Source of the DNA: an uncultured Clostridium sp.
GTDB taxonomy: Bacteria > Bacillota > Clostridia > TANB77 > CAG-508
Assembly: GCA_930982035.1 (NCBI GenBank)
Contig: CAKNJL010000003.1
Span: forward strand, 858 to 64,857
Reading direction: 5' to 3'
Length of the DNA stretch: 64,000 bases
The notes beneath the pieces were generated by a model that did no database searches, was not told the DNA's origin, and saw only the letters and a list, made by a program, of their open reading frames with translations. Below, in pieces: positions 10,447 to 20,152 of the stretch; the first letter of the stretch is position 1, and every line of letters starts with the position of its first letter. The position numbers and the translations under genes are program-made.

Positions 10447-11145
10447 TTATGATATGCATTTTTCTTCTCCAAAAATTCTACTTGCTTCAACTTGATTATA
10501 TAATGCCTTTTCTTTATCATAATAAAAAGCCCATTCTTTATCTCCGTATGAAAAATGCCACCATTCTCCATCATAAGGAGCAAATCCTTCTTTCATCATT
10601 ATTCTTCTTAATATTTTTCTATTGTTCTTTGCTTCTTCTGATATATCGTCAGCTTCATAATAGCATTGTGTAGTGCTATAATCTAATATTTCTGAACCAA
10701 AATCTAATATTCTATTTTCTTTACTATCATATATTGCTGCATCAACTGCTCCACCAGTTGGATGTCCTGAAACAAGTGGTACTGCAATTTTTTCATGTAT
10801 ATATTCATACATTTCCATTTCGTCTTGAAAATTTTCCTTTACCTCTTCTAGTATTTCATTAAAGTATCTTTCTTGTTTTTTCATATCTCTAAATCCATAT
10901 ACTACTATTACTTTATAATTTGCATTTATTTCTTTTAAATCTTTTGCAACATTTATAAGTTTTTCATATACTGTTTTTCTTACAGCAATTTGATGTCCAT
11001 ATTCTAACATATTTCTTCTTTCTTGATATCTTCCAATTACCAAATCATCTTCTAATGGAAGTAATACAAATTCTTCCTTATCTGTTTTTTCATCATATTC
11101 CTCTATTGTTATTAAATCTTCATATCTTACAAAATTATTTGCCAT
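10447..11145 (-). CDS. D-Ala-D-Ala dipeptidase (VanX/DdpX family, peptidase M15D)
   Basis: SGHPTGGAVDAAIYD and EWWHFSY motifs (Zn ligands/catalytic Glu of VanX family), 232 aa. Confidence 0.75.
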   Translation of the reverse strand: MANNFVRYEDLITIEEYDEKTDKEEFVLLPLEDDLVIGRYQERRNMLEYGHQIAVRKTVYEKLINVAKDLKEINANYKVIVVYGFRDMKKQERYFNEILEEVKENFQDEMEMYEYIHEKIAVPLVSGHPTGGAVDAAIYDSKENRILDFGSEILDYSTTQCYYEADDISEEAKNNRKILRRIMMKEGFAPYDGEWWHFSYGDKEWAFYYDKEKALYNQVEASRIFGEEKCIS

Positions 11146-11166
11146 TTGTTTATTGCACTTTCCTTC

Positions 11167-13323
11167 CTAATCTTTATTTTTTGCTTTTTGCACTACCGTT
11201 ATAGTTTCTTCTAATGTAATGGTATTTTGTTCTCCTGAACTCATATCTTTTAATGTTATTACATTATTTTTTATTTCATCTTCTCCTATAATTATTACAT
11301 ATCTTGCATTAATATTATTTGCATATTTAAATTTTTTTCCTAATTTTTGTTGTTCTATATTAATTTGTACATTTATATCTTCTTCTCTTAACTTTGAAGC
11401 TATTTTTGCACACATTTCACAATCTTCTGTCATTGAAATTATTAATACATCTGTAATTGATTCCTCATTTGCTGAAATTATTTCATTATCTACTAATTGA
11501 AAAAATAATCTTGATAGTCCTATTGAAATTCCTACTCCTGGCATCTTTCTTTCTGTATAATATTCTGTTAAATTATCATATCTTCCTCCTGAACATATAC
11601 TTCCTAAATTTTTATATTGATTTAGAAATGTTTCATAAACTGTTCCTGTATAATAATCTAATCCCCTAGCTATAGTTAAATCAATTTTATAATTTTCTTC
11701 TGGAACTCCAAAAATTTTGATAAATTTTGAAACTTCTTTGATTTCATTTATCCCCTCTTTAAAAATTGCATTATCAATATTCATACTTTCTAAAGCTTGA
11801 ATTTTTTCTTCATTTTTTCCTTTTATTTCTAAAAATTGCATTATTACATCAACTTTCTTCTCTGGTATAGATATTAATAATTCTCTTCTTACTTCTTCTT
11901 TTCCTATTTTCTCTATTTTATCAATTATTCTTAATATCTCAGGCGATATATCTTCAAGTTCTAAACTTGAAAACAATCCATTTAATATTTTTCTGTTATT
12001 AATACAAATCGTAAAATCATCAAATCCAAGTTTTTTAAAAGTATTATATATAATAGATGGAATTTCTGCATCATTTATTATAGATAATTCTCCATCACCA
12101 ATAATATCAACATCACATTGATAAAACTCTCTATATCTTCCTCTTTGTGGTTTTTCCCCTCGATATACTTTTCCTATTTGATATCTTTTAAAAGGAAAAC
12201 TTAATTTATCATAGTACTCCGTTACATATTTAGCTAAAGGAACTGTCAAATCAAATCTAAGAGCTAAGTCATTTTCACCTTTTTTCAATTTATATATTTG
12301 TTTTTCTGTTTCTCCACCTGCTTTTGCAAGTAAAACATTAGCATCTTCTATTATTGGCGTGTCTAATGGCAAAAATCCATATTTTTCATAAGATTTTTTT
12401 ATTATTTCTTTCATTTTATTAAATAAAATTTGTTCTTTTGGTAATAATTCCATAAAGCCTGGTAAAGTTTTTGGTTGTACCTTTCCTTTCATTATAATTC
12501 CTCCTTCAATTTGGTATGTCTTTCCGTCAGTTTCAACATTGCCTAAGATAGTAGCTTTTTTTAAACTGCCTTCATCATAGATTATATCTGCTGTAATAAT
12601 CAGTCCTGAAGGTTGTAAAATATCAATTTTTACACTTTGCTTTTTTAAATAAGCCTCTACCATACATGTAGCGGTGGTACCAGATCCACAAGCAGTTTCA
12701 TAAAATAGTGTATTTATTTCTTTAACCCAAACAATTGGATTTATTTTTATTACACCTTCTACATTTTCACAGAACATAACCCCTACTGCTTCACTATATT
12801 CAAGATGATATTTATGAATAAAATTCATTCCCATTGCTTTTAAATTATCTTTATTTACAAGATATTTTTTAGCAATTTCATCCTGAATTACTACAGTTAC
12901 CATACCATTCATTTTTACAATAAAAATTCCTAGTTCTTTTTCAGTGATTACATCATCACCATGATAAAGTGGAATTTCGCACCATGCTTTTCCTTCTTTA
13001 TCAACTCCAGCATTGATTAAGTCCTTAGAATTTACAAACATTTGTAAATCTCCCGGCTTTCCATTTAAGAAAATGGATGCTGCGCTTCTTGTTGCATTAC
13101 CACAAAACTCTCCTCCTGCCATTTGTAATTCCGGTTTAGGATTTAATTCGATAAATCCTACCTGTTCGACATTAGGATGTTTTGCCATAATCAAATCGTT
13201 GATTTTCTTTCTCTGTTTTTGCGTATATCCTAATCCATAGACAAAAGCTGTATCATTACCAGCAGGTCTATAAATTGAATATTTCACATTAGTTACAGAC
13301 ACTTTGCAAAGTTTCTCGCTCAT
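11167..13323 (-). CDS. fusion protein: N-terminal diaminopimelate-epimerase-fold domain (DapF-like, histidine-racemase-like) + complete class II histidyl-tRNA synthetase-like region with anticodon-binding domain
   Basis: N-term PAGNDTAFV (GNDF motif), first Cys FCGNATR, second Cys TACGSGTTA = DapF two-base fold; then HisRS motif 2 RGRYREFYQCDVDIIG, GGRYD, ARGLDYYTGTVYE, C-terminal HGTP_anticodon-like LGKKFKYANNINARYVIIIGEDE; no T-box leader upstream. Confidence 0.6.
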   Translation of the reverse strand: MSEKLCKVSVTNVKYSIYRPAGNDTAFVYGLGYTQKQRKKINDLIMAKHPNVEQVGFIELNPKPELQMAGGEFCGNATRSAASIFLNGKPGDLQMFVNSKDLINAGVDKEGKAWCEIPLYHGDDVITEKELGIFIVKMNGMVTVVIQDEIAKKYLVNKDNLKAMGMNFIHKYHLEYSEAVGVMFCENVEGVIKINPIVWVKEINTLFYETACGSGTTATCMVEAYLKKQSVKIDILQPSGLIITADIIYDEGSLKKATILGNVETDGKTYQIEGGIIMKGKVQPKTLPGFMELLPKEQILFNKMKEIIKKSYEKYGFLPLDTPIIEDANVLLAKAGGETEKQIYKLKKGENDLALRFDLTVPLAKYVTEYYDKLSFPFKRYQIGKVYRGEKPQRGRYREFYQCDVDIIGDGELSIINDAEIPSIIYNTFKKLGFDDFTICINNRKILNGLFSSLELEDISPEILRIIDKIEKIGKEEVRRELLISIPEKKVDVIMQFLEIKGKNEEKIQALESMNIDNAIFKEGINEIKEVSKFIKIFGVPEENYKIDLTIARGLDYYTGTVYETFLNQYKNLGSICSGGRYDNLTEYYTERKMPGVGISIGLSRLFFQLVDNEIISANEESITDVLIISMTEDCEMCAKIASKLREEDINVQINIEQQKLGKKFKYANNINARYVIIIGEDEIKNNVITLKDMSSGEQNTITLEETITVVQKAKNKD

Positions 13324-13587
13324 AATGTTCTCCTTTAATCAAAAAAGCTATATAGTTAAACAATATCTTTTATATAAATATTATTTACCTATATAGCTTT
13401 ATATTTTATTTTTATATAGGCACATCAAAATTGACTTGTGCCCATTACTAATTAGACACAAGTTTAAAAATGATGATGCACTTTGTTTATATTCTTACTT
13501 TTAAACTTCATTTTTATTCCTCTTTTTTCTAATTTTTTTATAATAATACACTATTTTTCAATATATGTCAAGTATAAATCAACATAA

Positions 13588-14902
13588 TGTTAAAGTTTTT
13601 TAGAAATGTCCTAATATAGTTTTCAGAAATGTCCTGTTTTTTATTAAATATTTTTAATGTATAATTCATCTCAGATTGGAGGTGATTTTTTTATGAAGAA
13701 CAAAAAATATGCATTACAATTGCTAAAAGATAAGATTAATGGAGAAAGGCTAATCTCTTTTGTTTCTATTTCCGAATTATCTGGATATTCTGAAAGACAA
13801 ATTAGACGTTGGTCAAAAGACATTGAAAATAGGGATATTGATTCTCTCCTTATTCACGCTAGTAAGGGCAAAACTCCCAATAATGCCGCTAGCAATACCG
13901 AACTAGAATATCTTAAGGATTTTAAGAAACAATATCCTAATATCAGTATATCACAATTTATGGACATCTACCACGAAGATATAATTTTCAATCCTGATAA
14001 ATCGGATGATGTTTATGAATTTAAGCTCAGAAAACGTAGTTACTCATTCTTTAAAGATTTTTATCGTAATAATGGTTATAAATCTCCCAGAAAACATAGA
14101 TGTTTTAAAGGTAAAGACTCCCATCCTTTGCGTGAACCATCTCCTAGAAGAGGTATTTTAATTATGATTGACGGTACTCCACATGATTGGTTTGAAAATG
14201 GTAAAAAATTTTCTTTGCATTTAGCTGTTGATGATGCTACAGGAGAAATTTTAGCTGGATGGTTTATGCCTACTGAATGTCTAGAAGGCTATTGTTATAT
14301 GCTTATAATTTTAATTCAAAAACATGGTATACCTGAAAATATATATTCTGATAAGCATACAATATTTAAAAGCCCTGTAGATGGAAATTTGACTCAATTT
14401 GGGCGTATGTCAGTAACATTTTTTGCATTAAAGAAAAAAGGAAAATACTAGATGGTTGTGTGTTTTCATATTCTAATAATTATTACCAATTGCTTGATGA
14501 GAATGGTGTAATAGTTAAAATTTTCAAAGGTACTGATATAACTGTAATGGAAGATATATTTGACCATACAATTAGAGCTGAATATCGAAAAAAAGTTTAT
14601 TCTACTAGGCAAATTGCTGGACATAGACAAGACCCTGTAAAAAGACAACAAAAAATTCAAAATCAAAAGGAACTTGATGAATACTTGCGATCACAAAACC
14701 AAAATAACTAGGTTATATGTTGTCAATGAAAGAAACGTATAAAATGACATACTTCTTGGCTTAGCTCCTTTATGCCGTTTCTGTAATTGTACAACATGAT
14801 GTAAATTTATAATTTTGTATAGGTGGTTAATCACATACTTTGTGATAACCACCTTAGTTACTTTATAAATTTCAAACCGGACATTTCTAAAAGACTTTAA
14901 CA
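13588..14902 (+). mobile_element. IS element, IS1202/ISNCY-like, 1315 bp, with 24-bp terminal inverted repeats and 16-17 bp target-site duplication
   Basis: IRL tgttaaagttttttagaaatgtcc (13588-13611) vs IRR ggacatttctaaaagactttaaca (14879-14902); direct repeats (a)gtataaatcaacataa at 13571-13587 and 14903-14919. Confidence 0.6.
13657..14711 (+). pseudogene. IS transposase (DDE, IS1202-group-like), interrupted by stop/frame change at 14451-14460
   Basis: N-terminal HTH (SGYSERQIRRWS), DDE-like region ILIMIDGTPHDWFE...LHLAVDDATGEIL; second ORF 14460..14711 continues the protein. Confidence 0.5.
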
Positions 14903-14923
14903 GTATAAATCAACATAAGTTTT

Positions 14924-15244
14924 CTAGTTTGGCAATATTAACTTTATTGAAGTTGTTGTAAAAATACTAACTATTTTTGAATTTACTACTTTATCCAAAT
15001 TTGGAATTCTATAAGCAATAAAACCAAATAGCGGTATTGCAAGTGAATTTGCTACAGCCCAAATAATAAATGGAATCCAACCTTTTGTTTGTACAGTTTC
15101 CATTCCTACCACTAATGATGTTCCCCATGCCCATGTTGCCGCTAAAGACATTGCATAAAATAATGTAGTGTTTCTTTTTAATAATCCTTTCATAATTTTT
15201 TTAATTCTACAATACTGTGAATTAATATTCCCCCCCTTAATCAC
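14924..15244 (-). pseudogene. N-terminal fragment of a polytopic membrane transporter, truncated next to the IS
   Basis: 106 aa with 2-3 TM helices only, ends 5 bp beyond IS target duplication; 8-nt overlap with upstream S66 peptidase gene suggests former operon. Confidence 0.4.
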
Positions 15245-16232
15245 TAAATTTTATCTCTATATTTTTATCTTTTGCTACTATATTAGCATTTCCTCCTATT
15301 GGAAATGTAAATATTGGAGTTGTATGTCCTATATCTGCATTAATTATTATAGGTATATTTTGTAACTCTGATTTACTTTCGATTATTTTATTCCATTTAT
15401 CATAGTTCATCTCTGAAACATTCTCTGCTCTTCCTATTACTAATCCTTTTATTTTTTTTCCTTTTGCACAATGTAACAATGATTGTAAATTTCTATCAAA
15501 TTCTTTAATAAATGCTTTTCCTGTTTCTCCATCATCTTCAATAAATAGAATTGAATTATCTAAATCAGGCATATATTCTGTTCCTTGTAATAGATTTAAT
15601 GTGCATAAATTACCACCTATTATTTTTCCCTCTGCTTCTCCTTCATTTATTATTTTCATTCCTTCATTATTAATAAAATTCCTATCTTCTTGATTTTTTA
15701 GCCATTTATCATTACTCCATTGTTTCGAAGTTAATACTTCTATTTTCTTATTTTCAAAAAACATTTTTTTAAAATATTCCATTGAATAGTCAAACCCATA
15801 TTTCATGCCAAAACTAAAAAATTGTACTCCAAGATATGTAATTACCTTTGTTTTAGCATATATAGCATTTACTAATGCTGTAATATCAGAAAAACCACAT
15901 ATTATTTTAGGATTTTCTTGTATTAACTTATAATCTATATAGTCTAGTATTTGATTTACATTATATCCACCTATTACTGTCATAACTGCTTTAACGTTCT
16001 TGTCTTTAAAAGCTTCATGTAAATCTTCTATTCTCTCCTCTATTGTTGCACATTTAAAGTATTCATCTTTATATTTCATCACATTCTTTCCAAATGTAAC
16101 TTTGAGACCTAATCTCTCTAATCTTTCAGTTGCTAATTTTATAACATCTTCTTTTAATACTCTCATACTTCTTGACGGAGCTATTATTCTTATTTCATCA
16201 CCCATTTTTAATTTTTCTGGAACAATTTTCAT
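15237..16232 (-). CDS. LD-carboxypeptidase, peptidase S66 family (LdcA/MccF-like)
   Basis: 331 aa; GFSDITAL (nucleophile Ser), C-terminal E...H triad region ADIGHTTP; family includes murein tetrapeptide LD-carboxypeptidase and microcin C7 immunity protein MccF. Confidence 0.7.
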   Translation of the reverse strand: MKIVPEKLKMGDEIRIIAPSRSMRVLKEDVIKLATERLERLGLKVTFGKNVMKYKDEYFKCATIEERIEDLHEAFKDKNVKAVMTVIGGYNVNQILDYIDYKLIQENPKIICGFSDITALVNAIYAKTKVITYLGVQFFSFGMKYGFDYSMEYFKKMFFENKKIEVLTSKQWSNDKWLKNQEDRNFINNEGMKIINEGEAEGKIIGGNLCTLNLLQGTEYMPDLDNSILFIEDDGETGKAFIKEFDRNLQSLLHCAKGKKIKGLVIGRAENVSEMNYDKWNKIIESKSELQNIPIIINADIGHTTPIFTFPIGGNANIVAKDKNIEIKFSD

Positions 16233-16318
16233 TATTTTCCCTCCTTTGTATAAATTTCGATGATATTATATCATAGGTTTTCTGATTTGTAAATGTTTTA
16301 TGTTAATTTTGACATAGG

Positions 16319-16558
16319 TTATTCTTTTTTATCCATAATTTCTTTTAATTCTTCTAAATGTTCTCCCAGTACATCTCTAAATTCTAATTCTATTGTATCA
16401 TTAGTTTTATTGTAGCAGATTTGCAATAAATCTAAATCTAGTAATGACTTATTATAAAAGCTAAATGTAATTTTATTATCATTTATTAATCTATTTAATA
16501 AATCTCTAAAAATCTTCATATCTATTTCTTCTTCATTTTTCCTTTTCATTAATCTCAC
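16319..16558 (-). CDS. hypothetical small protein
   Basis: 79-aa ORF, divergent from XRE gene. Confidence 0.3.
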   Translation of the reverse strand: MRLMKRKNEEEIDMKIFRDLLNRLINDNKITFSFYNKSLLDLDLLQICYNKTNDTIELEFRDVLGEHLEELKEIMDKKE

Positions 16559-16641
16559 CTTATATAATTTTTGTTTTACCCCTTGCTTGATGTCATAATA
16601 TCACAAACTTAAGGATAAAATCAATATAAATTATAAAAAAG

Positions 16642-16914
16642 GTGGAATATATTATGGCTGTTAGAAAATTAAATAATAATCTAAATGTTATTGGAGATAA
16701 TCTAAGAAAATACAGAAAAGAAAAACATCTATCTCAGGCAGATTTAACTATGGAACTAAATCTACTTGGAATCAATCTTCATAAAAATGATATTTATATG
16801 GTTGAAAACAATAAAAGAACAGTTAAAGACTATGAAATATGGGGTTTTATAAAAGTTTTAAATATAACTTTTGATGATTTATTTGCTGGGATAGAAAATA
16901 AGTTAGAAAATTAG
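16642..16914 (+). CDS. XRE-family HTH transcriptional regulator
   Basis: LRKYRKEKHLSQADLTMEL HTH. Confidence 0.65.
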   Translation: MEYIMAVRKLNNNLNVIGDNLRKYRKEKHLSQADLTMELNLLGINLHKNDIYMVENNKRTVKDYEIWGFIKVLNITFDDLFAGIENKLEN

Positions 16915-16957
16915 CTTTTTACTCAAAAAGTATTATTATAATACTTTTTGAGTATTC

Positions 16958-18229
16958 TTATATTTCCTCTTCTTCTTCAAACCAATTAAAACTACTAGAA
17001 TTCTTATTTTTCAAATACCATTCTTTTATAGCTTGTTTTGATAAACTCTTTTTCCAACCTTTTATTTTTCTTGGGTGCTTTATATTATTAGGTCTAGTCA
17101 TATTTGCTAATATATCAATTGCTATTAATGTAATAGAGTTATTATCCAACCTGCTATAATCCCTATAATTATCGCTATAAAAATTGTCTTTATTTTGAAA
17201 GCCATATTTTTTTCCTTGTATTTCTCTTCTTGATGTATAAATTCGTTCATCTTGTCCGTAACAATTGTTTCCACATTCTCTATCAATTTTTCTTGTAAAT
17301 CGTTCATAATGTTCTGTATTTCTTGCTTGTCCTTTTTCAAAGTTGTCCTTATTTCGTTTATATCTTCTGTCGCTTGTTTGTTCCAAATTATCATTTCTGT
17401 TATTATATCTGGATCTAGTAACATATATTTCATTATTATTGGTGTTTGTGTCATTTGTTGTTCTTCCGGTATATGTATTTGATTTTTCTTCTTTAATTCT
17501 TCCATTGATGGCATTTTCCATCTCCTCCTTTAAATATTTTTTATCATTTAATTTATTATCTCTACATTTCATTCCCTCAGGTGTTGTATAAGTTATATAT
17601 TTTCTTTTTTTAGTCCATAAAACTTGATATCCTAATTTATTCATATTCTTAAAAAATTCGGTTTTATTTTTACTTTTTTCTAATGAATAATCAATGGCAT
17701 TTGCTAATTTCATTTTCCAACTTTGCCCTTTTAATGCTACTTGATATTCATTTTTATTATATATTCCTTGATATTTTTTCTTTTCTATTATTTCTAGTCC
17801 CTCTTCTTTACAGAATTTATCGGAATAATCTTTTACTTTTTGCATATCATTTTTTGATTGATTAAATTTCTTTCCATTTTCAAAATTAACAGAATTTACA
17901 ATCAAATGATTATGTATATGCTTTCTATCAGTATGTGTAGCAACTAATACTTGAAAACCTTGAAAATAGTTTGCAAGTTTTATTCCTATTTCATGTGCTT
18001 TTTGAAAATCTAAATCATCTTTTGGACTAAATGATTGAACAATATGTATATATTGCCTTCCTCCATTTTTATTATAAAATTCTTTAACTGTTTTCATTTC
18101 TTCCAAACAACTATTGGCAACACAATCTTTTCCTGTTATTAAATTCGCATTTGTTTTATCTGTCCTTGTAACATAATCTATTATCGTTTTTAACTCTGCT
18201 TTTGAATTAGTAAATTTAATAATTGCCAA
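16958..18229 (-). CDS. relaxase/mobilisation nuclease (MobA/MobL family)
   Basis: HIHIVQSF...HTDRKHIHNHLIVNSVN three-His motif of MOB relaxases. Confidence 0.8.
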   Translation of the reverse strand: MAIIKFTNSKAELKTIIDYVTRTDKTNANLITGKDCVANSCLEEMKTVKEFYNKNGGRQYIHIVQSFSPKDDLDFQKAHEIGIKLANYFQGFQVLVATHTDRKHIHNHLIVNSVNFENGKKFNQSKNDMQKVKDYSDKFCKEEGLEIIEKKKYQGIYNKNEYQVALKGQSWKMKLANAIDYSLEKSKNKTEFFKNMNKLGYQVLWTKKRKYITYTTPEGMKCRDNKLNDKKYLKEEMENAINGRIKEEKSNTYTGRTTNDTNTNNNEIYVTRSRYNNRNDNLEQTSDRRYKRNKDNFEKGQARNTEHYERFTRKIDRECGNNCYGQDERIYTSRREIQGKKYGFQNKDNFYSDNYRDYSRLDNNSITLIAIDILANMTRPNNIKHPRKIKGWKKSLSKQAIKEWYLKNKNSSSFNWFEEEEEI

Positions 18230-18564
18230 ATAGACTTCATCTCCTTTTTTACATCTTCTAAATTTATATTTCTTAATCTTCCTTGATTACATAATTTAGT
18301 TAATTGATTTATGTTATTGCCTATTTTTCTTAATTGTATTATTATTTCTTCTAATCCATTTATAACTATAACATCTTTATCCATTGAAGTTCTTAATAAA
18401 TATTCGCTAGTATTTAATTTTGACTTTTCTATTTTACTTTTTATTTTGTTATACTCTTTTTCATTTACTCTAAAATTAAAATGTCTATTTTTATTTTGTT
18501 TTTTCTCTACCATAATTAACCTATCCTTTCCTTTTATGGGGTTTGGGTTCTCCCAATTCTTCAT
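18190..18564 (-). CDS. MobC-like relaxosome accessory protein
   Basis: ribbon-helix-helix-like NFRVNEKEYNKIKSKIEKS..EYLL; overlaps relaxase start. Confidence 0.65.
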   Translation of the reverse strand: MKNWENPNPIKGKDRLIMVEKKQNKNRHFNFRVNEKEYNKIKSKIEKSKLNTSEYLLRTSMDKDVIVINGLEEIIIQLRKIGNNINQLTKLCNQGRLRNINLEDVKKEMKSIWQLLNLLIQKQS

Positions 18565-18738
18565 CGCTAATCTCTATTTTCAAGTCCATTTGTATTACAA
18601 ATGGGAAGCTTGCCTAAAATAAAGTTAAACAGAACAAAAGCGACATGATTAAAATATCCTATCATTTTAGATTACTTATATGTCGCGTCTTTGTTCGTGT
18701 ACCAAATTTCTGTAAGAAATTTGTGTACAATTTTATAT

Positions 18739-18772
18739 GTGCTATTAGGTAATATAATTTCCTAATAGCACA
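18739..18772. promoter_or_regulatory. candidate oriT hairpin upstream of mobC
   Basis: inverted repeat tgtgctattagg...cctaatagcaca 190 bp upstream of mobC; a second IR gcgacat...atgtcgc at ~18643-18690. Confidence 0.35.
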
Positions 18773-18786
18773 TATACTTGTTGCAA

Positions 18787-19272
18787 TTACAAGTTTGTAT
18801 TTAGATTTGCATATAGTCCATTTAAAAATTCTTCTGGATATTCTCTGCCTATATACTTTTTATTTTTTATATTTCTTTTTATATCTTTATCATTTGTATT
18901 AATAGGTATTTTACAATTTTGATAATTCGTTTTATCATTTTTGTTAATAGTGTATCCACAATTTTGATAATACCTGTTCATAACTTCTTTTAAAGGTATT
19001 ATTTGTCTATTTTCTATTTCTTTTGAGTTCGATTTATAATTCATATTTATTTTTATATAGTTCTTTTTCTTTAAAGAATTTATTATTCTTGATATACTTA
19101 CAACTGTTACATTTAAAATATCAGAAAAATAATTATTGGTTGCAAAACAGTATCCTTTATCTTTACTTAAATATATAATCATAGATAATATTATTTTTTC
19201 CTTATCTGATAATTTGTTGTTTATCAATATTTCTGATGGCATCCATAATCCTTTTAAATCTGATTTGTTCAT
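18787..19272 (-). CDS. winged-helix/HTH protein, replication-initiator-like (as found on conjugative/mobilisable elements)
   Basis: 161 aa, N-terminal HTH LSDKEKIILSMIIYLSKDKGYCFATNNYFSDILNVTVVSISRIINSLKK. Confidence 0.4.
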   Translation of the reverse strand: MNKSDLKGLWMPSEILINNKLSDKEKIILSMIIYLSKDKGYCFATNNYFSDILNVTVVSISRIINSLKKKNYIKINMNYKSNSKEIENRQIIPLKEVMNRYYQNCGYTINKNDKTNYQNCKIPINTNDKDIKRNIKNKKYIGREYPEEFLNGLYANLNTNL

Positions 19273-19444
19273 CTTATTTCACATCATCTCCTATCAAAAA
19301 AAGACCAAGTATTTATGTACTCAGTCTTTAATAAAATCTATTTTATATAATTTATTTATCATAATTTTGTTTTTACTTTTATTTGTATTTCAGTTTTATT
19401 TTGATTATCATAATCTTATTTTTTGATCCTATATTTTTCATATA

Positions 19445-20152
19445 TCAGCATTCATTAATAAACTTTTCAAACAACCTAACTACATATTTTTCATTAAATA
19501 ATAACTCTGGATGCCATTTTATTCCCATAACAAATTTTTTATTTAGTAATTCAAAACTTTCAACAAGACCATCTTCAGAATATGATGAGATTTTTGCATA
19601 AGGTTCCACTAATTCTTTTGTTGCTATCATTGAATGAATACTATTAACATCTATTTCTTCTTTTTCTATTATTTTATATAGTTTAGTGCACTTTTCTATT
19701 TTAATTTTATGCCTATAATTCTTATCATATACATCATGACTTTTGCTCTTATCTAAAACTACATCACTACCTAAAGCTCTTAATATATTATTAAATCCAG
19801 CACATATTCCAATTAATGGTTTATCTAATTCTATAACCTTTTTTGTAATTTCAATTTCGTATTTACAACTATATAATCCTCCTTGTAAAATAAAACCATC
19901 ACATAATTCAATTTGCTTATATAATCCTTCTATTTCTTCGCTATTTAATTCCTTCTCATCTTTAATATCATTATCATTAAATTTCATTGTTGCTTCTGTT
20001 GGTAGCAATGTTATAGCAATCCCACCATTTTTTACTATTAGATATCTTATTTCATCTACTTCATCAATTCTATGCCATAAATCTTCATCATATTTTGGTT
20101 GTACTTTTCCTATTATTCCAATTATTGGTTTGTTTTTCATTATAAATTTCAC
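19445..20152 (-). CDS. class I glutamine amidotransferase-like / peptidase C26 (gamma-glutamyl hydrolase family)
   Basis: GICAGFN nucleophile Cys, WHPE His motif. Confidence 0.7.
   Translation of the reverse strand: MKFIMKNKPIIGIIGKVQPKYDEDLWHRIDEVDEIRYLIVKNGGIAITLLPTEATMKFNDNDIKDEKELNSEEIEGLYKQIELCDGFILQGGLYSCKYEIEITKKVIELDKPLIGICAGFNNILRALGSDVVLDKSKSHDVYDKNYRHKIKIEKCTKLYKIIEKEEIDVNSIHSMIATKELVEPYAKISSYSEDGLVESFELLNKKFVMGIKWHPELLFNEKYVVRLFEKFINEC

Noticed and set aside
10299-10583. 94-aa ORF overlapping 3' end of vanX-like gene
   Set aside because: Alternative frame overlapping a well-supported CDS; no independent support.
13324-13600. Looked for a T-box leader upstream of the HisRS-like gene
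   Set aside because: No T-box consensus (AATTAGGGTGGTACCGCG or its complement) or specifier/antiterminator structure found; region is AT-rich with short ctatatag repeats only. Recorded as a negative finding that supports a non-housekeeping role.
17125-17514. 129-aa ORF with a hydrophobic tail inside relaxase gene
   Set aside because: Same-strand alternative frame fully inside the MobA relaxase gene; no RBS; the relaxase frame carries the conserved motifs.
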